The notes beneath the pieces are model-generated. The model made no database searches. It was not told the DNA's origin and was given only the letters and a program-made list of their open reading frames with translations. A program made the translations under genes and the position numbers. Of a stretch of DNA of 37,501 bases, positions 27,412 to 37,360 are shown one piece after another. How positions within the stretch are numbered: the stretch's first letter is position 1; each line of letters begins with the position of its first letter. Location of the stretch: the IMG/VR virus record IMGVR_UViG_2526164690_000052. One strand, 5' to 3'. This DNA comes from a virus. Taxonomy: Duplodnaviria > Heunggongvirae > Uroviricota > Caudoviricetes.

Positions 27412-30255
27412 TCAATCTTTATCGTAAAAACTGCCACGCCCGGCACGGGCGCGCCGTTCCATTTCTGCCCTGACCATTTCACCGACCAGTTTCGCCAGTT
27501 CGCGGGGATTCTGCGTAACAACGTTATGCAGATGAACATGAATTTCACCGCCAAATCTGGAGACAGCAGGCTCCCGATTACGGGAAGCTGCAGGAACTGA
27601 TGCCACTGGCGATCGTATGGCCTCCGCCACCGGGCGGGAGCTGGCCGCAACAACAGGGACCAGCGCCGGAGGCAGCGGAGCCGGGACTACGGGTGTGATA
27701 TTAATTGCGGGGGCAGGCTTACTGACCTGCGCAATCTTCCGCTCCTGCCACTCCCCACGAACAGCAAGTGCGCGGGGCAGGTTCTTAAAGACAATATCGC
27801 CAGGGCCAATGCGTTTTTTCGTCTCATCAACCAGCTTACCTGTGTTATCAGCAATTTTGCTGAGTCTGCGTAGCGTCCCGGTATTGCTGTCTGTGAGCGG
27901 TTTGTTGTCTTTGGGTTTATCACCTCCGGTGCCATTGCCATTTTCCACAGGCTTCGGCGGATTGATTTTCGCCAGGTCCCCCTGAAGTAAGGCAACCTTA
28001 TCCTGAAGAATGGCCGCACGCTGTGCGTCTTCGATTTTCTTGCGCGCCCTTTCCGCTTCATCCGGAAGGACGCCAAGTTTTTCAAGTATCCACGCCAGCG
28101 TATCCAGTAGCATTTTTGCAGGTGTCAGAACAAGTTGTAACGCACCGCCAAGAACGTTACCGAATATCTCGCCAGCACTGGTACATTTATCCAGCGTTTC
28201 CTTGCTGGACTCCATCGGTGACAGCAGCGATTTAAACCAGTTAAACACCTGGCTGATCCCGCTTCCGATTGCGTCAAAAACAGGGCCAAACCGTTCAAAG
28301 GTTTCACGCAACGGGTTCAGCCTTTCCATAATCCCGCTGAACACCCCGGCAAAAAATGCCCTGATGGGATCCCAGTATTTCCAGATAAGGACGGCAGCTC
28401 CGGCAAGCGCAGCCACGATAAGACCAACCGGACTGAACAGCGCCCCGATAGCGCCTCCCAGTAAAGAAACGGAACCCGTCACCATTCCCCATAGTGCTGG
28501 CAGGACCCTGACAGCATTCATTGATCCGGTCAGGAGAGAAAAACCAAGACGCAGTTTTGCCAGCGGACCAGCAAGCACACCAATAGCCAGCGACAACGAG
28601 CCAACCGTTGCAGTCATTGCCAGCAACGCACCGCCTGCTATCAGTAGCTGGCGCGTCAGTGCCGGATGGGCCTGCGCCAGCGCCGTCACCCTTGATACCA
28701 CCCGCGTGAGCCACTGCGTGACAGAACGCAGCGGACCGTCAATCAGATCTGCAATGCGGATGCGCAACCCTTCCCATGCACTGCCGAGTGATTTCAGATC
28801 GCCGTCAAGGTTGTTGGCCATAACCTTTGCTGTGCGTTCAGCCTCACCGCGCGCGCCTTCAAGTTCTTTTCTCAGTTTGGGTAAGGAACCGTCACCCACT
28901 GCATCAACGAGCGCCATAAACGATGTGAAAGCCTCTTCTCCGGCAATGTCCTTAAAGAACGATACCCGGTCAACTTCCCCGTATTTGCGGGTGGCTTTAT
29001 AAAGGTCGGCCAGCACATCCTCCATCGGGCGCATTTTACCCCCGGCATCCGAGACGGACACGCCCAGCTCTTTCAGAGCTTCTGCCGCCGCCTTTGGCGG
29101 TGATGCCAGACGAGCCAGGCTGGCACGCATTGCCGTCCCGGCATCACTCCCTCTGATGCCCATATTCGCCAGCACACCAGCCATCGCTGCGGCCTGCTCC
29201 AGCGATATTCCCAGCTTACCCGCCACCGGACCTGCATATTTCATGGTTTCGCCCAGTGCGCGAAGGTCAGTGTTGGTACGGGTAAACGCTGCGGTGAGTG
29301 TGTCACCGACCCGGTCCATCTGGTCAGCAGAAAGGCCGAACTGCGTCAGGATATTTGAGCCAATATCTGCCGTCTCGCCGAGATCCATACCGTCAGCCGT
29401 TGCCATGCTCAGCACTCCGGGAAGCGCAGCCTGAATGGCCTGCGGTGTGAAGCCTGCCATTGCAAGAAATGCCTGCCCACTGGCGGCATCGCCTGCGGTG
29501 AACTGCGTTTCAGAGCCAAGTTTTAACGCCTGCTCACGCAGCGCCTTAAACTGCGGGCTGTTCTGGTCGATTCGCGTCAGCGCCTGAACGCGGGACATCT
29601 CTTTGCCGAACCCGATCGCGGGCTGCAAAAAACGCCCGGCAGCATAGCCGCCCGCCGCTGCCGCACCAATTGCCAGCGCACCACCTGTTTTCAGTTTTCC
29701 CGCGGTTTCCTGCGCGCGCGAATACCACTCACGCGCCCGCGTTACACGCGCAAGCGCCTGCCGTTCGCGTTCAAGCTGGTTGTTGTACTGTTCGGTGCGT
29801 CTGATGGCCTGCTGGATGGTGTTATCGCTGCCTGTCAGGGAAATGCCGTGGCGTTTCAGCTCTCCGCCAAGCTCCCGCATTTTCTGAATTTCCCGTGTGC
29901 GCGATTCATTCAGGCGTTCAAGCCGGGTGCTTAACTGCTGCATCAGCTTTTGTTGTTTTTCGCTGAGCACTGTACCCGTGCGTTGTAACTGATTAAGGGC
30001 GTTAAGCTGGCGTCGTGCTTTCACGATACCCGCATCCGCTTTACTGACAGCGTCGCGGGCGCGCTCAAATGAACGAGCCTGACGCTCGAGATTTTTAATC
30101 GCCCCCTGCGTTCGCTGGATGGAGTCACCAAACTGCCCCATCAGGCGGCGGGCGTTTTCGGCAGGCCGGGTCAGCCTGTCAACGGCGCTGAAAGCGACCC
30201 GGATATCAAGAGTCTTCATTGTCTGCATTCCCGCTGCGAAGTGCCGCCCGCTCAC
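27412..30255 (-). CDS. T: Tail tape measure protein gpT
   Basis: 947 aa; long helical/Ala-Gly-rich protein between E/E' and U. Confidence 0.9.
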   Translation of the reverse strand: MSGRHFAAGMQTMKTLDIRVAFSAVDRLTRPAENARRLMGQFGDSIQRTQGAIKNLERQARSFERARDAVSKADAGIVKARRQLNALNQLQRTGTVLSEKQQKLMQQLSTRLERLNESRTREIQKMRELGGELKRHGISLTGSDNTIQQAIRRTEQYNNQLERERQALARVTRAREWYSRAQETAGKLKTGGALAIGAAAAGGYAAGRFLQPAIGFGKEMSRVQALTRIDQNSPQFKALREQALKLGSETQFTAGDAASGQAFLAMAGFTPQAIQAALPGVLSMATADGMDLGETADIGSNILTQFGLSADQMDRVGDTLTAAFTRTNTDLRALGETMKYAGPVAGKLGISLEQAAAMAGVLANMGIRGSDAGTAMRASLARLASPPKAAAEALKELGVSVSDAGGKMRPMEDVLADLYKATRKYGEVDRVSFFKDIAGEEAFTSFMALVDAVGDGSLPKLRKELEGARGEAERTAKVMANNLDGDLKSLGSAWEGLRIRIADLIDGPLRSVTQWLTRVVSRVTALAQAHPALTRQLLIAGGALLAMTATVGSLSLAIGVLAGPLAKLRLGFSLLTGSMNAVRVLPALWGMVTGSVSLLGGAIGALFSPVGLIVAALAGAAVLIWKYWDPIRAFFAGVFSGIMERLNPLRETFERFGPVFDAIGSGISQVFNWFKSLLSPMESSKETLDKCTSAGEIFGNVLGGALQLVLTPAKMLLDTLAWILEKLGVLPDEAERARKKIEDAQRAAILQDKVALLQGDLAKINPPKPVENGNGTGGDKPKDNKPLTDSNTGTLRRLSKIADNTGKLVDETKKRIGPGDIVFKNLPRALAVRGEWQERKIAQVSKPAPAINITPVVPAPLPPALVPVVAASSRPVAEAIRSPVASVPAASRNREPAVSRFGGEIHVHLHNVVTQNPRELAKLVGEMVRAEMERRARAGRGSFYDKD

Positions 30256-30735
30256 GCCAGCTAACCACTTCGCCGGGCGTCATCATGAAGATTTCGGCGG
30301 GCGACCAGTTAAAAATAACGGCAATATCTGCCACAAAGTCTTCTATGTGCTCAAAGCACACAACCGTGATCAGGCTTCCGTCGCCTGTTCGTTCTTCCCG
30401 CCAGAGTCCGCACCGCTCAAAAAATTTACGGCAACCACACATAACTGAATAAAGTCACGGGATGCCATTTTTTTGATCGTCACTTCATCCAGTCGCGGTG
30501 ATGTCACGCGTGACAGCAGCGTAAACATGGATTCCGCTTTCAGATTCAGCACATCAGACAGCGACAAATCTCGCAGAGATCCAGCCTGCTCAATAGCCCC
30601 GGTGATCTCCACATACGTGATTTTTTCGCCGCCTCGCTCAATTGGTTGGGTAAGTTTTACACCACGCTCACTGGTTTCTTTCACAGTGTCAGCAACTACC
30701 GTGTTTTCGGTATCGATGTTTTTCGTCTCTTTCAT
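30206..30735 (-). CDS. E': gpE+E' fusion product made by programmed -1 ribosomal frameshift
   Basis: -1 frame ORF 30206..30442 overlaps the end of E; slippery site T_TTT_TTG on minus strand at 30424-30418 sits in the XXXYYYZ register of the E frame. Confidence 0.7.
30370..30735 (-). CDS. E: Tail assembly chaperone gpE
   Basis: 121-aa ORF between tail tube and tape measure; contains slippery heptamer near its 3' end. Confidence 0.8.
   Translation of the reverse strand: MKETKNIDTENTVVADTVKETSERGVKLTQPIERGGEKITYVEITGAIEQAGSLRDLSLSDVLNLKAESMFTLLSRVTSPRLDEVTIKKMASRDFIQLCVVAVNFLSGADSGGKNEQATEA
30418..30424 (-). promoter_or_regulatory. Programmed -1 frameshift slippery heptamer TTTTTTG
   Basis: minus-strand AAT TTT TTG in E frame; -1 frame continues as FFERCGLW... 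to 30206. Confidence 0.7.
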
Positions 30736-30789
30736 CAGGAAACTCCTTTCAGTCAGAGGCGACGCACTGCGCCGCCTGCATATTACTTA

Positions 30790-31302
30790 TCAGCCAAGCC
30801 CGAGCGCGGAACGGATGCGATCGGGCACAATGTCCTTGCCGTCCTTCCGGTAAATGAAGTTCAGCAGGTCAATCTCCCACAACGGGCGATCGTTAACACT
30901 CAGCTTGTAGTAGGTGTTTTTAATGGCGTAAGTGTGTGATGTGGCTTCGCCCTGTTTGGCTTCCCCCATATCAATTTCCGTCACACGTCCGCGCATTTCG
31001 ACTTCATACAGGTCGCTTTCTGCATCGGTGTAATATTCACCCGCAAAACGCAGCAGCGTGCCGTCAATCGTGCCGCCATACTTAAGGAACAGCTCACGAA
31101 CTGCGCCCCCCATGACAAAGCTCGCATCAAGCGCGGAGTCGTCCAGACCGAGATCAATACTTACCGCACCCATCATGCCACCACCCCGGTAGCTGTCGGT
31201 TTTGCGCGTCAGCTTAGGCAGAGTGACGGACGTCACCTTACCCACTTCGTTTTCACCATCCACAAACAGCGTAAAAAAGCGAAGATGTTTTGGTACAGCC
31301 AT
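30790..31302 (-). CDS. FII: Major tail tube protein FII
   Basis: 170 aa; P2 FII-like. Confidence 0.9.
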   Translation of the reverse strand: MAVPKHLRFFTLFVDGENEVGKVTSVTLPKLTRKTDSYRGGGMMGAVSIDLGLDDSALDASFVMGGAVRELFLKYGGTIDGTLLRFAGEYYTDAESDLYEVEMRGRVTEIDMGEAKQGEATSHTYAIKNTYYKLSVNDRPLWEIDLLNFIYRKDGKDIVPDRIRSALGLG

Positions 31303-32486
31303 CAGGCACCTCCCAGCACCGCAAATGCGGGTTCAAAGTATTCATCAGTAAACGTCTGGTAAAGCTCCATGTCTTCCAGTGGCGGAACGGGCGTATATTT
31401 GTAGCGAATACGCACACGCCCCTGACGTAAATCCGTGGTGCTGTTATCCACCACGTCATACCAGCACTCCGCGCCAATCAGTTTCCCGGCAGTAACCAGC
31501 GAATCCAGTTTTGCCCTGATGGCACTGATAACATCCTTCACGTTCGCAGGCGTCAGTGGACTGTCGATGGTTTCAAACTGCGCTTCCGCAATTGAATCAG
31601 CCAGCACCTGTGCGGTTCGGGTATACACCTCAAAGATGTAGGCGTTCGTTTCCGGTGTGCGGTTGCCCCAGAAGCGGAACCCGTTGCGACGAATAATGGT
31701 CGTGATTTCTTTGTTGTTGAGGCTGTTGGCATCACTGTCTTCGGCCTGCAACGACCAGAAAACATGCCTGGACATCCCCAGCACATTTTTAACAGGAACG
31801 TTGGACAGCGATTTGTGCCAGCCCTGCTCATGGTCAATGTACGCACGAAGGCCGCACGCATAGGCAGGCGCGGGGAACGTTTCGTTTTTGCCACTTTTCG
31901 GGTTGTAGGCGATGAAGTCCGGCCATAAGAGCATCACCTCACGTTCGTTGAATTTCTGGCGGTAGGTAATTGCCTCAGCCATCGTGTTACAGTCATGACA
32001 TGAGGCATACACAAACGCGCGCAGTTTACCCGCAATCACGCACAGGGATTTTGTCACCGCCTCCGTGTCCAGCTCCGGCGCGGCCAGAATACGCGGACGG
32101 TATCCGATGCTTTCATCCTGCTCTGCAACAAGCAGCGCATACATCCCCGTATAGCTGCCGTCAGATTCAGAACCACCGATAACCAGTTGATCCTGCGTCT
32201 TACCGCCTTCTTCTTTGTGTTCAGCCACGCGAACGACGATCACTTTTGTGCTCACCTGGTCTGCAATAGCCTTAAGCGCACGATAAAGCGTCCCCGTAGT
32301 CCCGCATTTTCCCAGCACGTCATTGACGCGGGTCAGCAGTGTGGGCTTGTTCAGCGGGAACAGCTCCGCGTCCGCATCATCCGCCGTTGCCACGATACCG
32401 ATAACACTGGAATCAACATCATTAATCGCTGTTACCAGGTCGGTACTTTCCGTAACACGGGCACCATGAAAACGAGTTTCACTCAT
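31302..32486 (-). CDS. FI: Tail sheath protein FI
   Basis: 394 aa; blocks KLRAF.YAS, RQKF..RE.M..WPDF, EQGWHKSLSNV, RRNGFRFWGNRT, YKYTPVPPLE match P2 FI as recalled. Confidence 0.9.
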   Translation of the reverse strand: MSETRFHGARVTESTDLVTAINDVDSSVIGIVATADDADAELFPLNKPTLLTRVNDVLGKCGTTGTLYRALKAIADQVSTKVIVVRVAEHKEEGGKTQDQLVIGGSESDGSYTGMYALLVAEQDESIGYRPRILAAPELDTEAVTKSLCVIAGKLRAFVYASCHDCNTMAEAITYRQKFNEREVMLLWPDFIAYNPKSGKNETFPAPAYACGLRAYIDHEQGWHKSLSNVPVKNVLGMSRHVFWSLQAEDSDANSLNNKEITTIIRRNGFRFWGNRTPETNAYIFEVYTRTAQVLADSIAEAQFETIDSPLTPANVKDVISAIRAKLDSLVTAGKLIGAECWYDVVDNSTTDLRQGRVRIRYKYTPVPPLEDMELYQTFTDEYFEPAFAVLGGA

Positions 32487-32643
32487 AGCTTCAGCCCCTT
32501 GTATCCGTTAAATGATTCGGCAACAATCATCACCCACCACGCGCGTAATCTCACCCCTGCGCCGTTCTCCCGCCACGGCGACAACAAAAAGCAGTAACCC
32601 CCTATGCACGCACATGCGACCATGCCGCACAGGGAGGGAACAG

Positions 32644-33744
32644 ATGACCGATACCACCATGCAATTGCTCAGTCAGAGCACAGACCCCGTGAAAATGCCG
32701 GATTTTGATATTCTCGCGGAGGGGGAAACACTGTCCGGCGTGGCAGAGCGCCTGATGAGCCTGTCACTGACCGACAACCGGGGATTTGAAGCGGACCTGC
32801 TCACCATCACGCTGGATGATGCGGATGGTCAGTTGCAGCTACCGCCACGGGGCGCGCGCCTGACGGTTCTCATTGGCTGGAAAGGAGAACCGCTGACAGA
32901 AAAAGGCACTTACATTGTTGATGAAATCGCTCACGAAGGACCGCCGGACAGGCTGACTGTTTCAGCCAGAAGCGCAGATTTTCGGGATGAATTTAACGTT
33001 AAACGTGAGGTGTCCTGGCATGATGTGACCGTTGAGCGCGTGGTATCCGCCATCGCTCATCGGTACGGTCTGAAACCACAAATCAGCGAAATGCTGATGG
33101 ATATTGAAATCGACCACGCCGACCAGACCGAAGAAAGCGACATGTCCTTCCTTACGCGCATGGCGGAAATGCTGGGCGCAATCACTACGGTAAAAAGCAG
33201 TAATCTGTTATTCATCATGCCAGGCGGTGGCGTGAACGCACAGGGCCAGCCGTTGCCATCGTTCGCCATCACGCGCAGCAGTGGCGATCGCCATCAGTTC
33301 CGCATTGCTGACCGCGAAGCGTATACGGGGGTACGTGCTTACTGGCTTGATCTTAATTACGGGAAAAAGAAAAAAGTCAGCGTGAAACGCCGCAAACCGA
33401 AAAAGGAGAAAAGCAGCAGCCGTGAAGGTGACTATATGGAAGGTGCGGAAGGCAACGTGTTTGTGTTACGCAAGACTTATCAGAACGAGCAGGCAGCAAG
33501 ACGTGCAGCGGCGGCAAAGTGGCAGCAGCTACAACGCGGAGCCGCATCATTCTCCATCACGCTGGCGCGTGGACGCGCAGAACTCTATCCCGAAATGCAT
33601 GGCACGGTGACAGGCTTCAAAAGTGACATCGATAATCAGGACTGGATTATTGCAAAAGCCGAGCACACCATTGATAACAGCGGCTTTACCACACAGCTTG
33701 AGCTTGAAGCAAAAATCCCGGAATGGATAGCAGAAACAGAATGA
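32644..33744 (+). CDS. D: Tail protein / late control protein gpD
   Basis: start ATG 32644 after AGGGAGGG RBS; LTDNRGFEAD, RSADFR, SWHD, GDRHQFRIADREAYTGV, DNSGFTTQLELE blocks are P2 D-like; divergent from FI. Confidence 0.85.
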   Translation: MTDTTMQLLSQSTDPVKMPDFDILAEGETLSGVAERLMSLSLTDNRGFEADLLTITLDDADGQLQLPPRGARLTVLIGWKGEPLTEKGTYIVDEIAHEGPPDRLTVSARSADFRDEFNVKREVSWHDVTVERVVSAIAHRYGLKPQISEMLMDIEIDHADQTEESDMSFLTRMAEMLGAITTVKSSNLLFIMPGGGVNAQGQPLPSFAITRSSGDRHQFRIADREAYTGVRAYWLDLNYGKKKKVSVKRRKPKKEKSSSREGDYMEGAEGNVFVLRKTYQNEQAARRAAAAKWQQLQRGAASFSITLARGRAELYPEMHGTVTGFKSDIDNQDWIIAKAEHTIDNSGFTTQLELEAKIPEWIAETE

Positions 33745-34143
33745 GCAAATTAGATGTATTGACTCAAACCAGAACTGACACACTCACAGCACAGTGCCAG
33801 ACCCAATCTGGCAGCCCGCTTTGTGCCTAGAGCAGGTGTTGCTTATGTAACAGTTAATCCACGGATAGTGGTCATGAATGCTGGTTGAAGTTGTATTGCC
33901 ATGAGTGGTCAATTAGGGACTCACTTATTATCGCGTGCTCACCATTGATGGGTAAGATCATGCATTTCGGCTACTGTACTTCGCGAATCCTCCGCACACA
34001 GGCAACACCTGATTTAAGAACAGAGGGAGATGATGACGCAAGGAAGATTTATTATCGTGCATGTGGCAGATGATCTTTTAGCTGCCGGAGTGATAAATTA
34101 CACCTATTTTCGATAAGTGTTTTTGTTATAGAACATTAATTTC

Positions 34144-34795
34144 GTGGGAAACAATAAAGTGAAATTAGGAAGAAATGATAAGTGCTGGTGTAATTCAGGA
34201 CTTAAGTATAAAAAGTGCCATCTTGGTCGAGATCGTGAAACTCCGGTATCCAAAGCCGAGGCACTGAAATTTTCAAAGTCTCTCTCGCAGAGAAAGGCAT
34301 GTTATGCGCCAGCATCCATGCACGAAGATTGTGATAAACGCATCGTTCAGGCGCATACGATATCTAAGAGCAGTAGCCTTAAGGCGATCGCCGACTCCAG
34401 CAATCACGTCATGGGGGTGATAATGAACTTAGCAAGCCTGATGAGAAACAACGGAAAATGGCTTCCCGAGAAGATCGGTATCAATCAGGCATCCACTTTT
34501 ACAGGATTTTGTGCAGTTCATGACAGAATCTTATTTTCATGCCTAGAGAACGAAAAATTTACAGGCACGGACGAGCAGTGCTTTGCCTTAATGTTTCGTT
34601 CATTGTCTAAAGAAATTTATGCCAAAGAAGGGGGAGTGCTATCTTCTGATTTTGCTAAAAATGCCGATAAAGGAAAGCTACAAGTTGAACAGTATTATAT
34701 TCAGAAATTAATCGACCAGCACCAAAGTGGCTTAAATGCAGCAATAATTGAATTAAATAATCTTAAAACTAGCCTCGACCGCATCCTACTTAGCA
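34144..34795 (+). pseudogene. N-terminal part of an IS10-disrupted cargo gene (SEC-C zinc-motif protein)
   Basis: ORF with N-terminal CWCNSGLKYKKCH (SEC-C-type metal-binding motif); reading frame runs into IS10 end at 34796 and stops 11 codons inside the IS; AT-rich. Confidence 0.6.
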
Positions 34796-36124
34796 CTGAG
34801 AGATCCCCTCATAATTTCCCCAAAGCGTAACCATGTGTGAATAAATTTTGAGCTAGTAGGGTTGCAGCCACGAGTAAGTCTTCCCTTGTTATTGTGTAGC
34901 CAGAATGCCGCAAAACTTCCATGCCTAAGCGAACTGTTGAGAGTACGTTTCGATTTCTGACTGTGTTAGCCTGGAAGTGCTTGTCCCAACCTTGTTTCTG
35001 AGCATGAACGCCCGCAAGCCAACATGTTAGTTGAAGCATCAGGGCGATTAGCAGCATGATATCAAAACGCTCTGAGCTGCTCGTTCGGCTATGGCGTAGG
35101 CCTAGTCCGTAGGCAGGACTTTTCAAGTCTCGGAAGGTTTCTTCAATCTGCATTCGCTTCGAATAGATATTAACAAGTTGTTTGGGTGTTCGAATTTCAA
35201 CAGGTAAGTTAGTTGCTAGAACCCATGGCTCCTTTGCCGACGCTGAGTAGATTTTAGGTGACGGGTGGTGACAATGAGTCCGTGTCGAGCGCTGATTTTT
35301 TCGGCCTTTAGAGCGAGATTTATACAATAGAATTTGGCATGAGATTGGATTGCTTTTAGTCAGCCTCTTATAGCCTAAAGTCTTTGAGTGACTAGATGAC
35401 ATATCATGTAAGTTGCTGATAGGTTTCCAGTTTTCCGCTCCTAGGTCTGCATATTGTACTTTTCCTCTTACTCGACTTAACCAGTACCAACCCAGCTTCT
35501 CAACGGATTTATACCATGGCACTTTAAAGCCAGCATCACTGACAATGAGCGGTGTGGTGTTACTCGGTAGAATGCTCGCAAGGTCGGCTAGAAATTGGTC
35601 ATGAGCTTTCTTTGAACATTGCTCTGAAAGCGGGAACGCTTTCTCATAAAGAGTAACAGAACGACCGTGTAGTGCGACTGAAGCTCGCAATACCATAAGT
35701 CGTTTTTGCTCACGAATATCAGACCAGTCAACAAGTACAATGGGCATCGTATTGCCCGAACAGATAAAGCTAGCATGCCAACGGTATACAGCGAGTCGCT
35801 CTTTGTGGAGGTGACGATTACCTAACAATCGGTCGATTCGTTTGATGTTATGTTTTGTTCTCGCTTTGGTTGGCAGGTTACGGCCAAGTTCGGTAAGAGT
35901 GAGAGTTTTACAGTCAAGTAATGCGTGGCAAGCCAACGTTAAGCTGTTGAGTCGTTTTAAGTGTAATTCGGGGCAGAATTGGTAAAGAGAGTCGTGTAAA
36001 ATATCGAGTTCGCACATCTTGTTGTCTGATTATTGATTTTTCGCGAAACCATTTGATCATATGACAAGATGTGTATCCACCTTAACTTAATGATTTTTAC
36101 CAAAATCATTAGGGGATTCATCAG
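34796..36124 (-). mobile_element. IS10 insertion sequence (IS4 family), complete 1329 bp, flanked by 9-bp target duplication TACTTAGCA
   Basis: terminal sequences CTGAGAGATCCCCTCATAATTTCCCC (34796 onward) and ...AATCATTAGGGGATTCATCAG (ending 36124) match IS10 inside and outside ends as recalled; direct repeats at 34787-34795 and 36125-36133 fit the IS10 target consensus. Confidence 0.9.
34809..36017 (-). CDS. IS10 transposase
   Basis: 402 aa beginning MCELDILHDSLYQFCPELHLKRLNSLTLACHALLDCKTLTLTELGRNLPTKARTKHNIKRIDRLLGNRHLHKE, recognised as Tn10/IS10 transposase. Confidence 0.9.
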   Translation of the reverse strand: MCELDILHDSLYQFCPELHLKRLNSLTLACHALLDCKTLTLTELGRNLPTKARTKHNIKRIDRLLGNRHLHKERLAVYRWHASFICSGNTMPIVLVDWSDIREQKRLMVLRASVALHGRSVTLYEKAFPLSEQCSKKAHDQFLADLASILPSNTTPLIVSDAGFKVPWYKSVEKLGWYWLSRVRGKVQYADLGAENWKPISNLHDMSSSHSKTLGYKRLTKSNPISCQILLYKSRSKGRKNQRSTRTHCHHPSPKIYSASAKEPWVLATNLPVEIRTPKQLVNIYSKRMQIEETFRDLKSPAYGLGLRHSRTSSSERFDIMLLIALMLQLTCWLAGVHAQKQGWDKHFQANTVRNRNVLSTVRLGMEVLRHSGYTITREDLLVAATLLAQNLFTHGYALGKL

Positions 36125-36621
36125 TACTTAGCAGGCAATTTTCAGAAATTGAAAGTGTTATCTTCACTTTTGCAGAGCCTTTACCAATTGTAGTTTCGTC
36201 AATTCTTTCACCGGAGAGGGATTTCGATGGGACCAAAATTCAGGATTTGAGCGATCTTACAGTGTCGGCGGAACAAGTATGTTTCAATGCTTTTTCCTGC
36301 GGAGGTAAGGGATATGTAGTGTTCAGTTGGCTGAGAACTTCAACAATTATCAGACGTTTTATACGGACACTAATTAAGATCCCAGCTAACAGGATGTTCA
36401 ATACCCTTCTGTATTTTTTCTTCACAAAGGCCGAAAATACATATTCATCCCCTGAGTGGTGGGACAGGCTCAGTGATAAACAGCGAGAGAATATCGGCAA
36501 CATGATTATGTCAGGGGTTGAATTTTTTGGCAGACCTACATCACAGGTTGATCATTCCGTTGATTATAACGCCGCTGCACTTGAAGAGATAACATGCAGC
36601 AACAACGAAATTTGCAGCTGA
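36125..36621 (+). pseudogene. C-terminal part of the IS10-disrupted cargo gene
   Basis: after removing IS10 and one TSD copy the upstream frame continues without stops (..ILLS-RQFSEIESVIF..) to stop at 36619-36621, giving a 379-aa ORF. Confidence 0.55.
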
Positions 36622-36910
36622 ATGTTTACATGCTGTTAGAAAAAGCGGGCTGAACAATCATTTCGGGATTGTAACAGATAAGATGGCACTGCCCGCTTGC
36701 TTCCCGATATGCACCTCAGCCAATAAACTTATGTAAGCAACCGATTTCCATTTATGCGGAGGTTATCAAAGTTGTTGGAGTTGCGAACTTCCGCTCTTCG
36801 CACAAAGCGTACCGCTAGGTTTGATTGTATTCTGGCTGCGCAAACTGTCAGTTGGAGTCTGAGCTATTACAACTTAGAATAGCGGCAGCACCACGTTAAG
36901 GGAGGTCGCT

Positions 36911-37171
36911 ATGTTCCGTTGTCCGCTTTGTGGCGCATCTGCCCGAATCCGCACCAGTCGTCCGGAAAACGATTCAAACACTGTGCGGCAAAAGTATTAC
37001 CAGTGTAACAACCTGGAATGCGGCGTATGCTTCTCAACACTGGAAGCTTTCCATAAATTCACATCAAAACACGCCTCCGGCGTTCACTCTTCGGAAGGTA
37101 TCCCGTGGCATGAGCTGCCAGCTTCACACAGGGGAAACAATCAGATGAGTTTGCCTTTACCTCAGAATTAA
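36911..37171 (+). CDS. ogr: Late gene transcriptional activator, Ogr/Delta zinc-finger family
   Basis: 86 aa; MFRCPLCGASARIRTSRPENDSNTVRQKYYQCNNLECG has the C-x2-C...C-x4-C pattern of P2 Ogr; located downstream of D. Confidence 0.85.
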   Translation: MFRCPLCGASARIRTSRPENDSNTVRQKYYQCNNLECGVCFSTLEAFHKFTSKHASGVHSSEGIPWHELPASHRGNNQMSLPLPQN

Positions 37172-37360
37172 CAGGCAGAATTGCCGGAGTAACAAAAAAC
37201 GATAGATTACCCGCGGGTGCCTTTCGGCTGATGGTCGGAGGAATACCCGAAGGCCGGATGTGGAAAGGCCCCGGAAAACATTTCTGTTTAACCGAGGCCC
37301 TAACATATCTACCTTAAGCAAGTGATAGGTTAGCGCCTCTCCAACAAAGGAGCAAGCGCT

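Noticed and set aside
36643-36698. Nested inverted repeat (AAGCGGGC ... GCCCGCTT with inner ACAATC / GATTGT) downstream of the disrupted cargo gene, as a terminator or small RNA
   Set aside because: The loop is long (about 40 nt) and no U-tract follows; too weak to call.
37172-37360. A mok-like overlapping reading frame and a P2-type attachment core upstream of the Hok-like ORF
   Set aside because: No ATG-initiated ORF overlaps the toxin frame (the only upstream ORF, 28 codons, ends before it), and the P2 att core as recalled is not present; attR cannot be placed without host flanks.
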